DNA of 64,000 bases, taken from Flavipsychrobacter sp. (lineage in GTDB: Bacteria > Bacteroidota > Bacteroidia > Chitinophagales > Chitinophagaceae). The DNA lies in assembly GCA_021155965.1 (NCBI GenBank), contig JAJNBJ010000002.1:260289-324288 (forward strand). The letters are read 5' to 3'. Of the stretch, positions 56,584-64,000 are shown in pieces; within the stretch, counting starts at the first letter, position 1; each line of letters opens with the position of its first letter. Both the position numbers and the translations under genes were made by a program. A model generated the notes under the pieces. It did no database searches, was not told where the DNA came from, and saw nothing but the letters and a program-made list of their open reading frames with translations.

Positions 56584-58461
56584 TTAATTTAAACTGTTTA
56601 CAAGCCGAATATACTCAAATAGTTTATGTAGGTTTCCCATCAGATCTTGCAACATTTTTTGATTTGGCTTTTCCATATTCTTTGGATTGTCCTCAAAATG
56701 CGATTTATTGAACTTTTGAAAAACAAATTTCGCCAAAGCATCTTTATGCAAGATAGTACCACTAGAATCGCACACTCCAGTAACATCTTGTTTAGACAAC
56801 ATACTTCCTACGCCATATTGTTCGGAAAAAACATCCCATTTAATACTCTCTGTTACACCTTTAATTTTAGAATTGCCATGCTCCGATCTTTTCGTATAAA
56901 ATTGTTTTAGTAATTCTGGATGACAATAATTCTCGAGTTCGCGTCCTTTAAGTAACCAGAAATTTGCTACATGATGAATATTGGATTCAGTGATTTCTTC
57001 CTTAATATGACTAAACCAAGTAGCAGTTTTGTTTTGGTCATTTAATTCTCCCGCTATCCGAATGCATCTTTTGATTTTTGAATTATTATCTGAATCTACC
57101 ATTACAAAAGGGTTTGGATTAACTCTTAAGACTTTTAACGCGAAATCATCTTCTATGTCTTCTATACAGTTTGTCTGTTCATCGAATGAGATATTAGCTA
57201 TTAATCCTCCTCCAGTCATCAAAATAGAGTAATGTAACCCCTCAAGTAAATTGAATTGATAGTTGGCCTTTTCAATGTAGATTGGTAAATAGGCTTTCAT
57301 CCAAGCCCTAAGCCACATGATTTCTGAAGGTCCTTCAACCCAAATAACACAGTTGCTTAATAATGCATCACCCGGAATAACTCCTAAATCATTCGCAACT
57401 GTGCGGAGAATCTTAGCATCCGTATTGTTTCTATAAAATTTATTGATATAACATGCGTCTCCTTTCTTTTGAAAATGGTATAAGCAATCATTTTCTGTAG
57501 CTGATTCCATTACTGTCGGCGAATGTGTTGATATTACATATTGTTCGCCACCGATTTCGCGTATAATTTTTATTAATTCTCGAATAAGCCCTGGTTGTAA
57601 ATGGCTCTCAATTTCGTCAATTATTACAACCTTTTTCTTATTTCTCATTATTTCCATTAATAGAATATAAATCATTGTATATCCTGTGCCAATATCATCC
57701 GACGTTAACTTCAAATGATTTTTAAAAGTAAAACTCAATAAATTCGGTTCTGCTTTTACGGCCAATGGATCTTCTAGATTTAATCGCTGTAGATACTCAC
57801 CAATTTTTCTTTTAGCAACAGTTACTATACTAGCGTGTTTAGAATCTTCTAACCAATTAAGTATGTCTTTGCCCGTCATAGCTTTATCATTACTTAAGCC
57901 AAAGCTTCGGATTGGTGCAAATATTAAAAAGCTATTTACAATTGATTTTCGGAAAAAATCAGCCACATTATTTAAGCCACTTTCAATTGCATTGATTTTA
58001 GTTAAAAAATCTTTAGTGTACGAGAATTTACCACCCTTATATTTATACGGCTCAATATTATCCAATGTGACAAAGCAATTGCACTGGACAGAGCCACCTG
58101 GATTTTTGTAAAACAAATACACTAATTGGCATTTCCTGATACTGTCTTTAATAGAATTATAAATTTGATCTAATTGTGTATAAATTGAATCGGTATGTTT
58201 CTTGGTAAACGTTAGTGTAATTTTGAATGGGATATCAATTGAAAGATTATGGAAATCGTAGTCATTCAAATCATCACCGAAACCAAATTTAATATTGTCA
58301 ATTCTGTTTACTAACGATAACGCCTTTGCAATTAAAGATTTGCCCGAATTATTTTGCCCGACTAAAAATGTGATACTGTTATTGTCAGCTAAATCAAAAA
58401 ATTGCTCTTCTTTAAACCCTCTATAATTTGCAATTGAAATTGACTCAACAACCTTTTCCAT
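56584..58461 (-). CDS. OLD-family-like ATPase-Toprim nuclease (fused ABC-type ATPase + Toprim/DUF4435-like)
   Basis: 625 aa; ISIANYRGF, Walker A GQNNSGKS, Walker B VVIIDEIESHLQP, ISTHSP; C-terminal VIWVEGPSE (Toprim Glu) and FVMVDSDNN (DxD). Confidence 0.8.
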   Translation of the reverse strand: MEKVVESISIANYRGFKEEQFFDLADNNSITFLVGQNNSGKSLIAKALSLVNRIDNIKFGFGDDLNDYDFHNLSIDIPFKITLTFTKKHTDSIYTQLDQIYNSIKDSIRKCQLVYLFYKNPGGSVQCNCFVTLDNIEPYKYKGGKFSYTKDFLTKINAIESGLNNVADFFRKSIVNSFLIFAPIRSFGLSNDKAMTGKDILNWLEDSKHASIVTVAKRKIGEYLQRLNLEDPLAVKAEPNLLSFTFKNHLKLTSDDIGTGYTMIYILLMEIMRNKKKVVIIDEIESHLQPGLIRELIKIIREIGGEQYVISTHSPTVMESATENDCLYHFQKKGDACYINKFYRNNTDAKILRTVANDLGVIPGDALLSNCVIWVEGPSEIMWLRAWMKAYLPIYIEKANYQFNLLEGLHYSILMTGGGLIANISFDEQTNCIEDIEDDFALKVLRVNPNPFVMVDSDNNSKIKRCIRIAGELNDQNKTATWFSHIKEEITESNIHHVANFWLLKGRELENYCHPELLKQFYTKRSEHGNSKIKGVTESIKWDVFSEQYGVGSMLSKQDVTGVCDSSGTILHKDALAKFVFQKFNKSHFEDNPKNMEKPNQKMLQDLMGNLHKLFEYIRLVNSLN

Positions 58462-58533
58462 GATTATATTCTTTAATGATTTTACACAATGTACTTATAT
58501 ATTTGAAAAGTTAACAACGCGTCAGACCTCACT

Positions 58534-58593
58534 ATTGCAAGGTCCCGCTTGCGAAACCCCCATTTGGCGAAAATGTTTTCCACTTGTGCCCCG
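58534..58593. repeat. GC-rich non-coding module A (copy 2)
   Basis: attgcaaggtcccgcttgcgaaacccccatttggcgaaaatgttttccacttgtgccccg aligns with 8816-8879; lies inside the IR-bracketed segment, 73 nt upstream of the OLD-like gene start. Confidence 0.5.
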
Positions 58594-58752
58594 TTTGGCC
58601 CCAGGGCGCGAGTGTTCCGCAGGATCACTCGTATCTAAATAGTCCCGCCGGTCTGCAACCACAATTCAAAGCCATGAAGCCGAAAATTTCCACCTCCCCG
58701 CCACGCACATAAATAATCGCAATATCCGCTGAAACCCGCGCTGGCGCTACCT

Positions 58753-58829
58753 CCAAAAACCGTCACGGTACAGTTTCAGTACCGCCAAGGAAATTCGATT
58801 TTTTCACCCCAAAAACCTTGCAGAACTTT
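58753..58829. repeat. Right inverted repeat (IR-R) of islet 3
   Basis: ccaaaaaccgtcacggtacagtttcagtaccgccaaggaaattcgattttttcaccccaaaaaccttgcagaacttt; its reverse complement aligns with 55333-55402 plus gtttttgg. Confidence 0.8.
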
Positions 58830-58900
58830 ACATACTTGCCAGCCGGAGCTAATATTGCAAAGGCGGGGTTATAGCCCTGTTTTGCCGGGTACAAAACGAA

Positions 58901-59014
58901 GGTCTTTGCGGTTTTCTTTGCGCCTTCGCGCCCTTTGCGGTTAAACTAATACATATTGAGTGCTTTGTTTTTTAACCGCTAAGAACGCAAAGGGTTCGCA
59001 AAGATTCGCAGAGG
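58901..59014. repeat. REP-like intergenic element (same family as 12178-12327)
   Basis: ggtctttgcggttttctttgcgccttcgcgccctttgcggtt ... aaccgctaagaacgcaaagggttcgcaaagattcgcagagg; shares an exact 21-mer with 12178-12198. Confidence 0.6.
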
Positions 59015-59215
59015 TACTTATAGCGTACCCCTTAGAAACGCGGCTATTGATAATCAATCACTAAGTGTGCAAAAAATGCGCAAATAGTGCGCAAAAAATA
59101 TTATAAAAACAATTAAATATCAACCAATTATGCATATACCTGTTGTTACAAAAAAAATTGCGCAACCTTATGAATTGAGCCATTCAGCCATTGCGCTATT
59201 GAGCCATTAAAAACG

Positions 59216-59223
59216 TACCTTTG
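59216..59223 (+). promoter_or_regulatory. -7 promoter box TACCTTTG for lepA
   Basis: TAnnTTTG consensus 16 nt upstream of ATG 59240. Confidence 0.45.
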
Positions 59224-59239
59224 CACGCTTAATTTTAAT

Positions 59240-61033
59240 ATGCAAAACATTCGGAATTTCTGTATCATAGCCCATATAGACCATGGCAAAAGTACCCTGG
59301 CAGACAGGCTTTTGGAGTTTACCAAAACCATAAGCCACCGCGATATGCAGGCTCAGGTGCTTGATGATATGGACCTGGAACGTGAAAAAGGCATCACCAT
59401 AAAAAGCCACGCCATACAGATGGACTATGAATACATGGGCCAGAAGTATGTGCTGAACCTGATAGATACCCCCGGCCACGTGGACTTTAGCTACGAGGTG
59501 AGCCGCGCTCTGGCGGCATGCGAGGGCGCACTGCTGCTGGTGGACGCCAGCCAGGGCATACAGGCACAAACCATAAGCAACCTGTACCTGGCGCTTGATA
59601 ACGACCTGGAGATAATACCCGTCATCAACAAAATAGACATGGACGGCGCCATGATACCCGAGGTGACCGACCAGATAGTGGACCTGATAGGCTGCAAGCC
59701 CGAGGAGATAGTGCTGGCAAGCGGCAAGAGCGGCATAGGCATTGAGGAGATACTGGCAGCAATAATAGCGCGCATACCGGCGCCCAAGGGTGACCCCGCC
59801 GCACCGCTGCAGGCAGTGATATTTGACAGCGTGTTCAATTCGTTCCGCGGTATCATTGCTTACTTCCGCGTGTTCAATGGCACTATCCGTAAGAACGACA
59901 AGATCAAATTCATACATACCGATGCAGATTATACCGCCGATGAGGTGGGCATTATGAAGCTGGCCCTTACGCCCAAAAATGAAGTAAGCGTGGGTGATGT
60001 GGGCTACATAATAACAGGTATAAAGAATGCCCGCGACGTGAAGGTGGGCGATACCATCACCACCATAGCCAACCCCACCACCGATGTGGTGCGGGGTTTC
60101 CAGGAAGTGAAGCCGATGGTGTTTGCGGGGATCTTCCCGGTGGATACGGACGACTTTGAAGACCTGAGGGACTGCATGGAGAAGCTGCAACTGAACGACG
60201 CATCGCTGACGTTTGAGCCGGAGACGAGCCAGGCGCTGGGCTTTGGTTTCAGATGCGGTTTCCTGGGCATGCTGCACATGGAAATAATACAGGAAAGGCT
60301 GGAGCGGGAGTTCAACCAGACGGTGATCACCACTGTGCCGAACGTGAGCTTCCGCGCGTACCTGAACAGGGCAAAGGACAAAGCGATAACGGTGAACAAC
60401 CCAAGCGAAATGCCCGAGCCCACACAGTTGGACAGAATAGAGGAGCCGTTCATACGGGCGCAGATCATTACCCTGCCGGATTATATAGGCAACATCATGA
60501 GTTTGTGCTTAGGTAAGAGGGGCATACTGATAAACCAGCACTACCTGACCCCTACCCGCGTGGAGCTGATATTTGAGATACCACTTACGGAAATAGTGTT
60601 TGACTTCTACGATAAGCTGAAGAGCTGCACAAGAGGTTATGCGAGCTTCGATTACAATCCGCTGGACTACCGCGAGAGCGATATTGCCCGCATGGACATA
60701 CTGCTGAACGGCGACCCGGTGGATGCACTGAGTGCGCTGATACACCGCAGCCGCGCGCAGGACTTTGGCCGCAAGCTGTGCGTGAAGCTGAAGGACCTGT
60801 TGCCGAAGCAGCAGTTCGTGATAGCGATACAGGCAGCCATAGGGGCCAAGATAGTAGCCCGCGAAACCATAAGCGCGATGCGCAAAGACGTGACCGCGAA
60901 GTGCTACGGTGGCGACATTAGCCGTAAGCGCAAGCTGCTGGAAAAACAGAAAGAGGGCAAGAAGCGCATGCGCCAGATAGGCAGCGTGGATGTGCCGCAG
61001 GAGGCTTTCCTGGCGGTGCTGAAGCTGGATTAA
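59240..61033 (+). CDS. lepA: Translation elongation factor 4 (LepA)
   Basis: 597 aa; [23 protein letters not shown]1 motif, [13 protein letters not shown]-terminal LepA-specific domain. Confidence 0.97.
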   Translation: MQNIRNFCIIAHIDHGKSTLADRLLEFTKTISHRDMQAQVLDDMDLEREKGITIKSHAIQMDYEYMGQKYVLNLIDTPGHVDFSYEVSRALAACEGALLLVDASQGIQAQTISNLYLALDNDLEIIPVINKIDMDGAMIPEVTDQIVDLIGCKPEEIVLASGKSGIGIEEILAAIIARIPAPKGDPAAPLQAVIFDSVFNSFRGIIAYFRVFNGTIRKNDKIKFIHTDADYTADEVGIMKLALTPKNEVSVGDVGYIITGIKNARDVKVGDTITTIANPTTDVVRGFQEVKPMVFAGIFPVDTDDFEDLRDCMEKLQLNDASLTFEPETSQALGFGFRCGFLGMLHMEIIQERLEREFNQTVITTVPNVSFRAYLNRAKDKAITVNNPSEMPEPTQLDRIEEPFIRAQIITLPDYIGNIMSLCLGKRGILINQHYLTPTRVELIFEIPLTEIVFDFYDKLKSCTRGYASFDYNPLDYRESDIARMDILLNGDPVDALSALIHRSRAQDFGRKLCVKLKDLLPKQQFVIAIQAAIGAKIVARETISAMRKDVTAKCYGGDISRKRKLLEKQKEGKKRMRQIGSVDVPQEAFLAVLKLD

Positions 61034-61153
61034 CCTCACCCCGGCCCTCTCCACAGGTGGAGAGGGAGATAACACAGGTGGAGGGGAAGTAACACAAAAG
61101 TGGTATTGTGATGAGGGGATATGGTGATAGTTTTATGAATAAATACCAGGAGT

Positions 61154-61795
61154 ATGAAAAGATTATTGAGTATAATACTGGTTGTGCTAACAACCTTGGA
61201 TGTGACAGGGAAAGAGGTGGAGGCGAAAAAAGGGTCGCCGCTGGCTAAGTTCTCTTCTGAGTGGAACGACCCGAGGTATAAGGTTTGCAATACGGCGGCT
61301 GATGTAACTTATCTGTCGGCCAAAGAAAAAGAAATAATCTATGTGCTGAACCTGGCGCGGATGAACCCGCAATTGTTTTGTAAAACAATATTGCCGCGGG
61401 TGCCGGAGATAACAGGTTTCATAGACACCAGCGATGAATACTACTACAAAAGCCTGGTGAAACAAATGAGCACCATGCAGCCGCTGCCTATACTGAAACC
61501 GGATATGAAGTGTTTCAACAGCGCGCAGTGCCATGTAACATCAACCGGCAAAACAGGCTATGTGGGCCACGACCGCAGGACACCTGAGTGCAGGAAGGTG
61601 CAATACTACCGTGGCGAGTGCTGCCAGTATGGTGTAGACGATCCGCTCGGCATTATCCTGAACCTGCTGGTGGATGAGAACGTGGAATCGCTGGGACACC
61701 GGGATATTTGCCTTGGCAGCTACACAAAGATGAGCCCGTCGTACGGCCCGCACAAGCAGTATGGTTCTATTACGGTGCTTGATTTTGACAGGTAA
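61154..61795 (+). CDS. Secreted CAP/SCP-like domain protein
   Basis: 213 aa; signal peptide; EKEIIYVLNLARMNPQLF and GHRDICL motifs resemble the bacterial CAP (YkwD-like) family. Confidence 0.55.
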   Translation: MKRLLSIILVVLTTLDVTGKEVEAKKGSPLAKFSSEWNDPRYKVCNTAADVTYLSAKEKEIIYVLNLARMNPQLFCKTILPRVPEITGFIDTSDEYYYKSLVKQMSTMQPLPILKPDMKCFNSAQCHVTSTGKTGYVGHDRRTPECRKVQYYRGECCQYGVDDPLGIILNLLVDENVESLGHRDICLGSYTKMSPSYGPHKQYGSITVLDFDR

Positions 61796-63238
61796 TTATC
61801 CTGCAGCCAGCGTTGTAATACAGTCGTCAATCGACATTAGCTTTTGCTCACCGGTTGCAAAGTTCTTCACGCTTATCTTTTTATTGTTGCGTTCATCATC
61901 GCCGGGCAGGAGGACGTAGGCAAAGCCACGTTTGTTAGCGTACTTCATCTGCTTATCGAATTTGGCTGCGTCAGGATAAATTTCTGCCGCTATGTTGGAT
62001 GCCCTGAGTTGTTGCAATATGCTTAGCGCATAGGTTTCGTTCTCGCCGCCAAAGTTTACGAGCATGGCTTGTGCGCCTGCTGCCAGTTGATCGGGGAAGA
62101 CCTGGAGCTCGTCCATAACATCGTAGATGCGATCTACACCAAATGAAACCCCAACACCTGATAGATTTTTCAATCCAAACAATCCGGTTAAGTCATCATA
62201 ACGACCTCCTCCTCCGATACTACCCATTTGCACTCCCAATGCCACCACCTCAACTATCATTCCAGTATAGTAATTCAATCCTCTTGCAAGACTAAAAGAT
62301 ACATTAATCCCAGATTGCATGGCGCCATCACCCAACGGCATATCAATATTTCGACCGCCATACTTACTGATTGACTTATGATACTCAAGTATCTGCTCAA
62401 GTTCTTTGACACCTTGAGTACCTATTTCACTTCCATTCATCTTAAACTTAAGCTCATCCAGCTGTTCTTGCTTGCTGAAATATATAGGTTTCCCACCTTC
62501 TCCTAACAATACAAATAACCTATCAATAGCATTCTTATCAAAGCCTTTCCCTAATAACTCTCCCTCAACTCCGGCACGCCCAATTTTATCTAACTTATCT
62601 ATTGCAACCGTCATGTCAACCAACTTGTCTGGATGGCCACATAATTCAGCCATTCCAGCCAATATTTTACGACTATTTACTTGAATAATAAATGGAACGC
62701 CAAGTTTTACAAATGCCTCTTCATAAATACACAACAACTCTGCTTCATTTATTAATGATGTGCTGCCTACCACATCACAATCGCACTGCCAAAATTCGCG
62801 GTAGCGGCCTTTTTGTGGCCTATCTGCACGCCATACGGGTTGCATCTGGTAGCGGCGGAAGGGGAATGCAAGGTCGTTCTGGTTCATCACCACGTAGCGG
62901 GCAAATGGAATAGTGAGGTCGTAGCGTAAAGCGCGTTCTGTAACTACAGGCGAGGAATATGGTTTACTTAGCACTTTTTCCCATTCAGCATTCAGCTTGT
63001 TCTTATCTTCTTCTTTCTTTTCGTGCAGGCCATTATTAAGTATCTTGAAGATGAGGCGATCCCCTTCCTCGCCGTATTTACCGGTGAGGGTGGTGAGGTT
63101 TTCCATAGCGGGTGTCTCCAATGGCTGGAAGCCGTACAATTCGAAGATCGCACGGAGGGTATTGAATATATACTGACGTTTACGCACTTCGGCTGGCGAA
63201 AAATCGCGGGTGCCTTGTGGTATGGATGGTTTAGACAT
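61796..63238 (-). CDS. hisS: Histidine--tRNA ligase
   Basis: From ATG 63238 (MSKPSIPQGTRDF..); motif 2 FRYE-like RYQMQPVWRADRPQKGRYREFWQCD, GGGGRYD motif 3, C-terminal anticodon-binding domain; the ORF-track start 63250 is a TTG. Confidence 0.95.
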   Translation of the reverse strand: MSKPSIPQGTRDFSPAEVRKRQYIFNTLRAIFELYGFQPLETPAMENLTTLTGKYGEEGDRLIFKILNNGLHEKKEEDKNKLNAEWEKVLSKPYSSPVVTERALRYDLTIPFARYVVMNQNDLAFPFRRYQMQPVWRADRPQKGRYREFWQCDCDVVGSTSLINEAELLCIYEEAFVKLGVPFIIQVNSRKILAGMAELCGHPDKLVDMTVAIDKLDKIGRAGVEGELLGKGFDKNAIDRLFVLLGEGGKPIYFSKQEQLDELKFKMNGSEIGTQGVKELEQILEYHKSISKYGGRNIDMPLGDGAMQSGINVSFSLARGLNYYTGMIVEVVALGVQMGSIGGGGRYDDLTGLFGLKNLSGVGVSFGVDRIYDVMDELQVFPDQLAAGAQAMLVNFGGENETYALSILQQLRASNIAAEIYPDAAKFDKQMKYANKRGFAYVLLPGDDERNNKKISVKNFATGEQKLMSIDDCITTLAAG

Positions 63239-63244
63239 AATTGA

Positions 63245-63280
<36 letters not shown>

Positions 63281-63283
63281 ATG

Positions 63284-63772
63284 TTAGCCGAATAAGGTTT
63301 TGCCCTTATGGTTGCCGTTTTTGTAGTTTTCTATAATGGCATCGCAGGTTTTATCTATGAGGTCGAAAACATGCTTGTATCCTTCTTCGGTTCCGTAGTA
63401 GGGGTCGGGCACATCCATGTTCTGGCCTTTGTGCAGTTCATTCAGGAAAAAATCCACCTTATTCATATCTGCCTTGCTGCCGCCTATGCGCCTGATGGCG
63501 GCATGTACATCATCGGCAAAGGCATAGATGATATCAAACTGGGCGAAATGTGATGCCGTGAACTTCATAGAGCGCTGGCCGGTGATATCTATTCCGTTCA
63601 CCTTACATATTTGTTGTGAGTGGCGGTGCGGCGGTTCACCTATATGATAGGATTCAGTACCTGCCGATTCTACTATCCAGTCAAGGCCATGTTGCTTTAA
63701 TTTATGTTTCATCACCCCTTCAGCAATTGGCGACCGGCAAATATTCCCCAAACAAACCATCAGAATTTTCAT
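63284..63772 (-). CDS. Low-molecular-weight protein-tyrosine phosphatase
   Basis: From ATG 63772 (MKILMVCLGNICRSP = CX5R(S/T) P-loop); DPYYG motif near the C-terminus. Confidence 0.88.
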   Translation of the reverse strand: MKILMVCLGNICRSPIAEGVMKHKLKQHGLDWIVESAGTESYHIGEPPHRHSQQICKVNGIDITGQRSMKFTASHFAQFDIIYAFADDVHAAIRRIGGSKADMNKVDFFLNELHKGQNMDVPDPYYGTEEGYKHVFDLIDKTCDAIIENYKNGNHKGKTLFG

Positions 63773-63861
63773 AGCTTGCAAAACTAAGAACTATATTTCT
63801 CTTACGGATATAGAATCCATACATACCAAACCATTGGCATAATATTTTATACAGGAAGGGC

Positions 63862-64000
63862 ATGAACGATATAAGAGAACAATTGTACATACTTTGTGTA
63901 GAGCACCTGAAAAAAAGGGAAACAGAAATAAGGGCAATAATAGCTGAGGCACAGGAAGCCGGGGAAAATGAGACCAAGAACAGCGCCGGGGACAAATTTG
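63862..64000 (+). CDS. Hypothetical protein, 5' partial (runs off window)
   Basis: ATG 63862, MNDIREQLYILCVEHLKKRETEIRAIIAEAQEAGENETKNSAGDKF.. open to the window end. Confidence 0.4.
   Translation, partial: MNDIREQLYILCVEHLKKRETEIRAIIAEAQEAGENETKNSAGDKF

Larger units (their letters stand above)
55333..58829. mobile_element. IR-bracketed 3.5-kb AT-rich cargo segment (non-autonomous element or invertible segment)
   Basis: Imperfect inverted repeats at both ends, three minus-strand cargo genes, no recombinase/transposase inside, no obvious target-site duplication. Confidence 0.45.

Noticed and set aside
56584-58461. Assigning the OLD-like gene to Gabija, a retron or two-gene PARIS
   Set aside because: No UvrD-like helicase (GajB), no reverse transcriptase or msr/msd-like structure, and no separate DUF4435 gene are present in the islet. 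Only the generic OLD-family/fused ATPase-Toprim call is supportable.
59207-61075. Minus-strand ORFs of 356 aa and 188 aa overlapping lepA
   Set aside because: The plus strand encodes a full, motif-perfect LepA. The antisense products are His/Ala/Gln-rich nonsense typical of shadow ORFs in higher-GC genes.

Overview
This 64-kb chromosomal window looks like a Bacteroidota genome of the Chitinophagaceae/Sphingobacteriia type. The taxon call is inference only. It rests on T9SS C-terminal sorting domains on three large secreted proteins, TAnnTTTG -7 promoter boxes just upstream of several genes, HemJ+HemH, HU and CspA-type proteins. I count about 60 credible protein genes and one tRNA-Arg(TCT). 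Core content includes L31, a TlpA-like thioredoxin, an ArsR-headed cluster of small stress-type proteins, pyrD, hemH-hemJ, an AlkD-like/radical-SAM pair, two csp paralogues, a di-haem/Rieske/porin operon, and an NlpC/P60 peptidase. It also includes a 2172-aa T9SS adhesin with about 21 Ig-like repeats, an Fe-S oxidoreductase pair, and a glycan operon (wecB, GT4, heparinase II/III-like, bi-domain oxidoreductase) with an embedded PAS histidine kinase. The remaining core genes are an NHL-repeat T9SS protein, a long RluA-family synthase, PaiB, lepA, hisS and an LMW-PTP. Three visibly AT-rich accessory islets interrupt this core. (1) 5967-8718 holds an HNH protein, a small middle component and a DUF2326-type coiled-coil ATPase (ABC-3C architecture). 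(2) 31354-33434 is bounded by a 15-bp duplicate of the tRNA-Arg 3' end; it carries a HigB/HigA-like pair divergent from a DUF4365 nuclease-fold protein with an unknown Cys-rich C-terminal half. (3) 55439-58752 is bracketed by imperfect inverted repeats of roughly 75-105 bp; it carries an OLD-like ATPase-Toprim protein, a small wHTH-like protein and a small membrane protein. Islets 1 and 3 share non-coding modules: a 21-bp-periodic array of GGTATA..TATACC palindromes and a roughly 60-bp GC-rich module. Their geometry is compatible with DNA inversion. I saw no integrase, transposase, CRISPR array or rRNA. All family calls come from motif recognition by eye, not database searches. Composition statements are visual and should be computed.
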